NCBI GenBank assembly: GCA_963849325.1
Contig: CAWKHF010000012.1
Coordinates: 960,001-1,024,000 of the forward strand
DNA: 64,000 nt
DNA from: an uncultured Planctomycetota bacterium
GTDB lineage: Bacteria > Planctomycetota > Planctomycetia > Gemmatales > Gemmataceae
Reading direction: 5' to 3'
The notes beneath the pieces were generated by a model that worked only from the letters and a program-made list of their open reading frames with translations, had not been told where the DNA came from and searched no databases. The position numbers and the translations under genes were made by a program. Shown piece after piece: positions 57,459 through 64,000 of this stretch (the stretch's first letter is position 1; each line of letters starts with the position of its first letter).

Positions 57459-59240
57459 TTGTCACCATGCCAGGAGAGAACTGTGAGGGAGACAGCCGAA
57501 CGGGCGAGTTCGGCCCGGGCGGAGGCCGTGCTGCGCCTGGGCTGGCTTTCGCCGAGTGCCGCGTCCCTGGCTGTCCTCGGTCGGCCGCCGTCGGCCGCGA
57601 CCTGGTCGGCCATCCGCCGCGATCCCGGCGCGGTGCTGCTGGTGGTTCGCCGCGGTGAAGCTCCGTGGCCGGGACGAAGTTCCTCCGCCCCGTCGCCTGC
57701 CTTCTACACCTCCGCCTTCGAGCAAGCCGCGCTGATCGACGACGCCCTGCGTCTGCTCGATTCGTCCGACGGCTTCGTGGATTGGAACCGTCCCTCGGTC
57801 CAGCCGGTCTACGACGCTTGCCTGACCTTCGCTCGTTTGGCGCAGCGCCTGGCCGAGCGTACCGGCCGATGCGATCCGGAAGCGGCGTGGACGTGCGGTC
57901 TGCTGGCCCCGCTGGGCTGGTTGGCCATGTGTGCCATCGATCCGGAGTCCGTGTCGGCGTGCCTGGCCGACCCCGGCCTGCGCGGTGATCCCGCCGAGAC
58001 GCAGCGCCGTCATTGGGGCATCGATCAGGCCGCCATCGCTCGGCGCCTGGCCCGGCGCTGGCGCCTGCCCGCCTGGGCGACCGCCGCCGCCGAGCACCTT
58101 CACCTTCCGGCGCGCCTGGCGCAGAGCTTTCGCGCCGACCCCGTCCTATTCCCGCTGACGCGCCTGGCCGTCGAGGAAGCCCGCAAGCAGGGCGTGGACC
58201 TCGGGCTGGGCGGCGGCGCCTTCCACGCCGAGGATCGCAGTGCCCTGTTGATACCGGAGGGACAGGATCTCGGCGGCAGCCCGGTTGAGCCGGCCACCCT
58301 CCAGGTTTGGCAGGAGCCGCGCGGCGTCCCGCTGCTCCGCGAACTGCTGGAGTTGGCCGCCGAGAACCGCCGTCTCCGCGAGCAACCCTTGCACGATCAC
58401 CTCGAACAGGAGATCGACGCCCTGCACCGCGCCCTGGAGGAGCAGGTACACGGCGAGTCGCAGCGCTTGCAGACGGGCAAGCTGAGCGCCCTCGCCGAGT
58501 TCGCCGCCGGCGCCGGCCACGAGATCAACAATCCGCTGGCCGTCATCTCCGGCCAGGCCCAGTACCTGCTCAGCCACGAGAGCGATTGGTTCCACGACGA
58601 TGCCGAAGGGGCGCCGCGCAAGGCGCTGGAGGCGATCGTCGCGCAGACACGGCGCATCCACGGCATCCTGCGCGATCTGATGCAATTCGCCAAGCCGGCG
58701 CCGGCGTCTCCGGGCTGGCTCGACCTGCCGGCGCTCCTGGGCGAGGTGGCCGCCGGCCTGGGCGAGTTGGCGGCGCAGCGTCGCGTCCGCATCGAAGTGG
58801 CGGTGCAGCCCGACCGACTGCCGATCTACGCTGACGCCGTTCAGGTCCGCGCCGCCCTGTCCTGTCTGCTCCGCAACGCCATCGAGGCGGCGCCGGCCGA
58901 CGGCTGGGCGCGCCTGGTGCTGCGCCGGCCGGCCGAAGGCGAGCCGGTCGAGGTCGCCGTCGAGGACAATGGACCTGGACCTGAGCTGGCCCAGCGACCG
59001 CACCTGTTCGACCCGTTCTACTCCGGCCGTACCGCCGGACGCGGGCGCGGACTGGGACTGCCCATCGCCTGGCGCTTGGCCCATTTGCAGGGCGGCGACG
59101 TCCGCCTCGACCCGCCGCGCCGCCACGAACCGACGCGCTTTGTCCTGACCTTGCCGCGCCTGACCCTGCCTGACAGCGAGGTTTCCGACCCCGCCCTCCT
59201 ATCTCTCTCGTGTACCGCCAACGGCCGGCACGCTGGCTGA
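57459..59240 (+). CDS. HDOD-domain histidine kinase (cytoplasmic); start uncertain
   Basis: HDOD-like DPG / GLLAPLG / LARRWRLP; H-box AGHEINNPL, N-box LLRNAIEA, G boxes DNGPG and GRGLGL. Confidence 0.9.
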   Translation: MSPCQERTVRETAERASSARAEAVLRLGWLSPSAASLAVLGRPPSAATWSAIRRDPGAVLLVVRRGEAPWPGRSSSAPSPAFYTSAFEQAALIDDALRLLDSSDGFVDWNRPSVQPVYDACLTFARLAQRLAERTGRCDPEAAWTCGLLAPLGWLAMCAIDPESVSACLADPGLRGDPAETQRRHWGIDQAAIARRLARRWRLPAWATAAAEHLHLPARLAQSFRADPVLFPLTRLAVEEARKQGVDLGLGGGAFHAEDRSALLIPEGQDLGGSPVEPATLQVWQEPRGVPLLRELLELAAENRRLREQPLHDHLEQEIDALHRALEEQVHGESQRLQTGKLSALAEFAAGAGHEINNPLAVISGQAQYLLSHESDWFHDDAEGAPRKALEAIVAQTRRIHGILRDLMQFAKPAPASPGWLDLPALLGEVAAGLGELAAQRRVRIEVAVQPDRLPIYADAVQVRAALSCLLRNAIEAAPADGWARLVLRRPAEGEPVEVAVEDNGPGPELAQRPHLFDPFYSGRTAGRGRGLGLPIAWRLAHLQGGDVRLDPPRRHEPTRFVLTLPRLTLPDSEVSDPALLSLSCTANGRHAG

Positions 59241-59358
59241 AACCCCGGATGGGCTTGATCGTCCGGCGGCCGCGATGGTATAGCGATCCTCGAACCGGAG
59301 GCCCGAACCGCGCCGCACCTCGTTCGGCGCATCCGGCAATACTTGAACAGAGGAGAGC

Positions 59359-60252
59359 ATGTTCATGGATGCGAACGACGCTGCCGCGGCCCGATGCGGG
59401 GCGCCTCCGGCGGAGCGCCTCGAACGGGGCGAAGTCCTGTTCTACCCTACGGCTCCGTTCCCTCTTCCCGAAGGCGCCGACCTGGACTTTCTGCTGCATC
59501 AGGAGCTGGGGAGCCTGGCCCACAAGAACATCAGCTACAATCCCGCCAACGGCAAGGTCAACGGCTTCGTTCGCCGCGGTGCCGAACAGGTCGAGCAGCT
59601 CCGGGCCATCTTCGCTCGCTTCTCGACGTCGGCGACGAGCTGGTTGGCGAGTGTGCTGCCCTACAGCTCGGGTTGGCAGCTGGATCGCTGTAGCTTTCGG
59701 CCGCAGGAGGAGGCGACGCGGCGGCTGCGGCCGACCGCGCGCAACGATCTCTTGCACGTCGATGCCTTCCCCAACCGTCCCTCGCGCGGCAACCGCATCC
59801 TGCGCATCTTCGCCAACATCAACCCGCGCGAGCCGCGCATCTGGGTGACGTCGGACCCCTTCGCCAAGCTGCTCAAGCGTTTCGGCGCCGCCGCCGGCCT
59901 TCCGGGCCGCAACGGCCCGCGCTGGCTGGAGCACCTCGGTCAGAGCGTGCTGGCGATGTTCCGTCCCGGCAAGGGCCGCCGCTCGGAATACGACCTGTTC
60001 ATGCTGCGCTTCCACGACTACCTCAAGAGGAATGAGGAATTCCAGGAGCGCGGTCCGAAATATCTGCACACGTTCCCGCCCGGCTCGGTCTGGGTCGCCA
60101 TGACGGACACGTGCAGCCATTCCGTGCTGCGTGGCCGCTACGCCCTGGAGCATTCGTACTTCATCTCTCCGGCCGTCCTCGCTCTGCCGGAAGAATCGCC
60201 GCCGGTGCTGCTGAAAAAAGCCTGCGCTACCGACCTGCGGCGCACGGCATGA
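59359..60252 (+). CDS. Kdo hydroxylase (KdoO) family protein
   Basis: KNISY, DLLHVDAFPNRPSRGNRILRIFANINP, YDLFMLRFHDYLK, FPPGSVWV and HSVLRGRYALE. Confidence 0.85.
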   Translation: MFMDANDAAAARCGAPPAERLERGEVLFYPTAPFPLPEGADLDFLLHQELGSLAHKNISYNPANGKVNGFVRRGAEQVEQLRAIFARFSTSATSWLASVLPYSSGWQLDRCSFRPQEEATRRLRPTARNDLLHVDAFPNRPSRGNRILRIFANINPREPRIWVTSDPFAKLLKRFGAAAGLPGRNGPRWLEHLGQSVLAMFRPGKGRRSEYDLFMLRFHDYLKRNEEFQERGPKYLHTFPPGSVWVAMTDTCSHSVLRGRYALEHSYFISPAVLALPEESPPVLLKKACATDLRRTA

Positions 60253-60266
60253 TGAGGGGGCCGCCT

Positions 60267-60329
60267 GTTTAGCCGCGACGCGCAGCGGAGCGCGGGAGTC
60301 CCGCGCTCCGCTGCGCGTCGCGGCTAAAC
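60267..60329. repeat. REP-like palindrome (GTTTAGCCGCGACGCGCAGCGGAGCG...)
   Basis: Near-perfect inverted repeat between the Kdo hydroxylase and GT-C genes. Confidence 0.88.
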
Positions 60330-60344
60330 GAAAGAAACCGATCC

Positions 60345-61697
60345 ATGAATTCCCTCCGTCCCTGGCCCCTCCTCGGTATTATTCTCGCGCTTCTGGCGGG
60401 GGCTGGCCTGCGCCTGGCCTGGCCGGAGGACATCGAGTACAAGGCGGACGAAGCCTGGACCTTCGAGCACAGCCGCGACACGGACCTGCCCTGGCTGGGC
60501 ATGCCGTCGAGCGTGAACATCCCCAACCCCGGCATGAGCCTGTGGGTGTTCGTGCTGCTGCAACGCCTTTCCGGCGCGGCGGACCCGCCGGCCCTGGCGC
60601 GGGCGGTGCAGCTCACCAACGTCGCGGCGCTAGTGCTGCTCGTCGTCTTCGCCATTCGGCACGTCCCGCGCGGCGAGCGCGAGCCGTGGTTGTGGGCCGC
60701 CGCCCTGGTGGCGGTCAATCCGCTGGCGGTCCTGTTCCACCGCAAGATCTGGCCCCCGTGCGTGCTGCCCGTGTTGACGCTGGCGATGCTATACGGCTGG
60801 TGGTATCGCGGACGGCGCGGCCCGGCGTTCTTGTGGGGACTTGTTGGCGTCTGCCTGGGACAGATCCACATGGCCGGCTTCTTTTTCGCCGGCGGTTTCG
60901 CGCTGTGGGCGCTGCTGTTCGACCGGCCCTGGCGTGGCCGCGTCGCCTGGCCGGGCTGGCTGCTGGGCAGCCTGCTGGGATCGTTGCCGATGCTGCCGTG
61001 GATTGTCCACCTCGTCGCTCATCCGGTCGAACAGTCCATCAATCCGCATCGCTGGGTCCACGCCTGCGAACTGAAATTCTGGATTCGCTGGTTTACCGAA
61101 TCGTTCGGGCTGGGTATTGACTACACGTTTGGTCCCTGTTTCGGCGAGTTCCAGGGGTATCCCCTCCTCTTGGGCCGGCCGACTTATCTCGTCGGCCTGC
61201 TGCATGGGATCCTCGTCGGCCTCGCGCTGTTACTCGTGGTCCGTGCGGTCATCCTGCTGGGACGACTGCGCGGCCGATGGCGCGAGCACTGGATCGGCCG
61301 TGGTTCGCCGAGCGCCTTCACGCAGAACGCGGCCCTGTGGGGCTTCGGTCTGCTCCTGACGCTGTCGAGCTTCTCGATCCACCGGCATTACATGATCGTG
61401 CTGTTTCCTCTCGAATTTCTGTGGGTCGCCCGGCTTGCCCTGGCCCCGTCCGGCGATCGCCCGCAAACCGTCCGCCTGGGCCGCGCCGCCCTGGCGGTTT
61501 TGTGGACCGCGCAGCTCCTCCTTTCCGCCAACATGCTCCACTACATCCACGTCCACCAGGACCTTTCCGGCACCGAGTACGGCGTCCCTTACGGCGCTGG
61601 GAGACAGACGAAACCGCTCGGAGCCCGCAGCGTCAGCGAGGGGGACTTTCCCTCGCTGACGCTGCGGGCTCCGAGGAAAACATTTTTTCACAGATGA
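60345..61697 (+). CDS. Polytopic membrane protein, GT-C fold (ArnT/PMT-like) glycosyltransferase
   Basis: Many TM segments; acidic 'ADE' motif in the first loop; NPLAVLFHRKIW and QIH. Confidence 0.7.
   Translation: MNSLRPWPLLGIILALLAGAGLRLAWPEDIEYKADEAWTFEHSRDTDLPWLGMPSSVNIPNPGMSLWVFVLLQRLSGAADPPALARAVQLTNVAALVLLVVFAIRHVPRGEREPWLWAAALVAVNPLAVLFHRKIWPPCVLPVLTLAMLYGWWYRGRRGPAFLWGLVGVCLGQIHMAGFFFAGGFALWALLFDRPWRGRVAWPGWLLGSLLGSLPMLPWIVHLVAHPVEQSINPHRWVHACELKFWIRWFTESFGLGIDYTFGPCFGEFQGYPLLLGRPTYLVGLLHGILVGLALLLVVRAVILLGRLRGRWREHWIGRGSPSAFTQNAALWGFGLLLTLSSFSIHRHYMIVLFPLEFLWVARLALAPSGDRPQTVRLGRAALAVLWTAQLLLSANMLHYIHVHQDLSGTEYGVPYGAGRQTKPLGARSVSEGDFPSLTLRAPRKTFFHR
61617..61675. repeat. Family A-related palindrome within the 3' end of the GT-C ORF
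   Basis: CTCGGAGCCCGCAGCGTCAGCGAGGG...CCCTCGCTGACGCTGCGGGCTCCGAG. Confidence 0.85.
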
Positions 61698-61823
61698 TGT
61701 CGCGCTGCCGAAAATGCCGATACTTATGGTTGGACGGGCCGCGGTAACAAGGAGCGGTCGGAAGCGGTGAGCCAGGAAGGCTCCCCGAGCCGTTCCGTGG
61801 CTCCCTCGGAAAGGATGACGAGA

Positions 61824-62144
61824 ATGCGAAAGTCCAGCCGTTTCTTGTGGCTGCACGGTGCGATGGTCCTGTCGGCGGTGATCGGCTGCAAATCGAACTC
61901 GTGCTGTTCGGGCAACAATTGCGGCACGCCGACGGGTGGTTCGCCGGCCGTCGCCGGCGTCCCCTACAACGGCACTACGACGATGTACCAGGGCGGTACG
62001 GCCGTGCCCTACGGCAACACGTCGGGCAGTCAGTCGTACATGCCGCCGTCGTCGTCGATGGCCGCCCCGCCGACGGGCGCGACGTCGTTCGCGCCGCCGA
62101 CGACCTCCACGACCACCTATCCCAATCTGGGTGGCCCGCATTGA
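61824..62144 (+). CDS. Small Cys/Thr/Pro-rich lipoprotein
   Basis: MRKSSRFLWLHGAMVLSAVIG|C lipobox followed by a low-complexity tail. Confidence 0.7.
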   Translation: MRKSSRFLWLHGAMVLSAVIGCKSNSCCSGNNCGTPTGGSPAVAGVPYNGTTTMYQGGTAVPYGNTSGSQSYMPPSSSMAAPPTGATSFAPPTTSTTTYPNLGGPH

Positions 62145-62169
62145 GGCCGAGTCGCGCAAGGGATTCCCT

Positions 62170-62221
62170 ACTAGCCCGGAGCGCCAGCGACGGAGACCCG
62201 TCGCTGGCGCTCCGGGCTAGT
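62170..62221. repeat. Family A-related palindrome (CCAGCG variant)
   Basis: ACTAGCCCGGAGCGCCAGCGACGG...CCGTCGCTGGCGCTCCGGGCTAGT. Confidence 0.85.
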
Positions 62222-62309
62222 CTTGCCGTCTCCCTACGGGGATATGGTATGATTCCTCCGCTTGCCCGCTGGGACAAGGAATAACCGCCGACTTCGGAGG
62301 AGGATTATC

Positions 62310-62591
62310 ATGGCCAAGAAAACGACCTGCCCCATCAGCCGCACCGACTTCCGGGCCAAGGCCAAACCCATCACCGTGACCATCGCCAACGTGCCGCAGA
62401 TGGCCGAGGTCAAGGAGTTCTCGACCGGCTCGCTCGGCTGGTATCTCAACGGCCGTACCACCATCGAGATCGAGGGCCAGCACGTTCCGGTCCTCATCAA
62501 CGCCAGCCTGGTCATCGTCGGCAGCAAGGAATTGCCGGCCGATCCGGCGGTCGGCGGCGCCTCCGCGCCCACGTCCGAGGACGTGGCCTGA
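62310..62591 (+). CDS. Small beta-rich hypothetical protein (FSTGSLGW motif)
   Basis: Strong GGAGGAGG RBS and host-like codon usage. Confidence 0.8.
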   Translation: MAKKTTCPISRTDFRAKAKPITVTIANVPQMAEVKEFSTGSLGWYLNGRTTIEIEGQHVPVLINASLVIVGSKELPADPAVGGASAPTSEDVA

Positions 62592-62695
62592 GACACGTTC
62601 CCGCGGGATGGTGGGTCATTTGGGCGATTCCTTGCTGAGGGCGCTGATGTGAGGGAGAACCTTTCCCCGTGTGGTCTGGAGATAGCACAGGTCTA

Positions 62696-62809
62696 AGAGA
62701 CTGTCCCACAAGGGTGTGGCGGCACGTTTCCAACGTGCCGGAAGACCGGAAAATCCAACAAATCGGCACGTTGGAAACGTGCCGCCACAGCCCTTATGGG
62801 ACAGTCTCT
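62696..62809. mobile_element. Nested MITE/REPIN-like element
   Basis: Outer IR AGAGACTGTCCCA(C/T)AAGGG encloses the inner IR TGTGGCGGCACGTTTCCAACGTGCCG (62715-62740 / 62764-62789), and each inner arm is itself a hairpin. Confidence 0.7.
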
Positions 62810-62969
62810 AAGCGACACGACCGCTTTGACAAGGTTCGGATGCAAGGCAGACAAGCCGCCTTACCTCGTGGAGCGCCGCGGCGATGGGAAGATGTCGGTC
62901 GTCTTCCACTCCACCAGGCGTACTTCCACATTCTTCGACCTCCTCGTCGAGGAGGAAGGGCGGTCTCGC

Positions 62970-63455
62970 TTACAGAGAGGCCAGCAGCTCCTTGACCTTT
63001 CGCTCGATCTGATCGCGCACGGCGCGATACTGCTCGGGCGGCATCTCCTTGGGATCGGGAATGTCCCATTCCTCGCGTCGCCGGGCCGGGATGGAAGCGC
63101 AAGCCTCGTCGCCGCAGCCCATGCCGATGACGACGTCGAACTCCTTGACCGGAAGGTCCGCCACCGATTTCGAGCGGTGCCGCGTCAAGTCGTAGCCGAC
63201 CTCGCGCATGAATTCGACGGCGCGCGGGTTGAGCCGGCCCGACGGCCGCGAGCCGGCGCTGTACGCCTCGATCCGCTCACTGCCGTGGATGTGCGCGAAC
63301 GCCTCGGCCATCTGACTGCGATTGCTGTTTTCGATGCAGACAAACAGGATGCGCTTGGGCACTGGTGCGGCGGATGGGGAGGTTGCACACCCCATTATCA
63401 ACGAGAAGCAGATAAATGGGATGCGCTTTAGCGCGAAGGAGACGGATGGGTTCAT
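62970..63455 (-). CDS. arsC: Arsenate reductase, LMW-PTP/thioredoxin-type
   Basis: ILFVCIENSNRSQMAEA, SAGS.P, MGCGDEAC and WDIPDP; downstream of an aquaporin. Confidence 0.88.
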   Translation of the reverse strand: MNPSVSFALKRIPFICFSLIMGCATSPSAAPVPKRILFVCIENSNRSQMAEAFAHIHGSERIEAYSAGSRPSGRLNPRAVEFMREVGYDLTRHRSKSVADLPVKEFDVVIGMGCGDEACASIPARRREEWDIPDPKEMPPEQYRAVRDQIERKVKELLASL

Positions 63456-64000
63456 GAGCGTGTTTCCTTGGCGGAAGGCTGGGGGAAAGGTTCAAGAAAG
63501 CACCAGCCGAGCGGTACGGCCAACACAGCACCGGCGACGGGAGCGATTAGGTAAATCCACAGACTCTCGACGTTTCCGCTCACCAGCGCCGGCGCCAGCG
63601 AACGCGCCGGATTCATCGAGGCGCCGCACACCGGCCCGGCGAACAGCGCTTCCAGGGCGATGACGGCGCCGACGGCGACGCCGGCCATGATGCCTTTCTC
63701 CTTCGCTCCCGTGGAAACCGCCAGGATCACCACCATGAGCAGCAGCGTCAGAATCAGCTCCAACACGAAGGACTGCCAGGCCGGTCCGGCTGGCGGCGTG
63801 GCGCCGAGCGTCGCATGTTCCCAAAAGAGCAGCCGCAGCAGAGCGCTGGCCAGCAGAGCGCCGGCACACTGGCTGACGATGTACGGCACCACCCGGCGAA
63901 GCGGGAAGCGTCCGGCCGCGGCGAAGCCCAGCGTCACGGCGGGGTTGATGTGCTGCGCCGGACACGTCGCCCAGCGCGTAAATCAGGGCCAGCACGATCA
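63452..64000 (-). CDS. MIP family aquaporin/aquaglyceroporin; 5' part outside the window, frameshift near 63950
   Basis: SGAH-INPAVTL and GASMNPARS NPA motifs. Confidence 0.93.

Overview
This is a GC-rich chromosomal window, very probably from a planctomycete (Gemmataceae-like). The pointers are a Gemmata-type extended ECF sigma factor, a BBP7-type beta-barrel, sulfatases, PQQ-propeller proteins, a DUF11 protein and a planctomycete-type pilM cluster. It is mostly housekeeping and envelope genes: a probable 6S RNA, a nucleotide-sugar/GT2 operon, HU/IHF, a ClC channel, DedA, phoU, two sulfatases, a pilM-led operon, a TolC/HlyD/ABC exporter, mfd, greA, an M42 peptidase, mnmG, an HTH response regulator with an HDOD kinase, a Kdo hydroxylase with a GT-C protein, arsC and an aquaporin. 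Many genes, including conserved ones such as mfd and mnmG, have single-base frameshifts that look like long-read consensus errors rather than pseudogenisation. Intergenic space is dense with several families of REP/REPIN-like palindromes. The most unusual items are: a palindrome sitting in frame inside mfd; three ~120-bp inverted elements built from different 9-mers on one shared plan; an ECF sigma fused to secretin-like, BamD-like TPR and POTRA modules; a lower-GC islet with a start-less ParB/Srx-like fragment and a TPR gene (orphan toxin-immunity-like); a structured ~320-nt leader behind a consensus sigma70 promoter; and an ArsC with an apparent lipoprotein signal. I saw no CRISPR array, rRNA, tRNA or intact transposase. 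All family assignments are from motif recognition by eye, not database searches.
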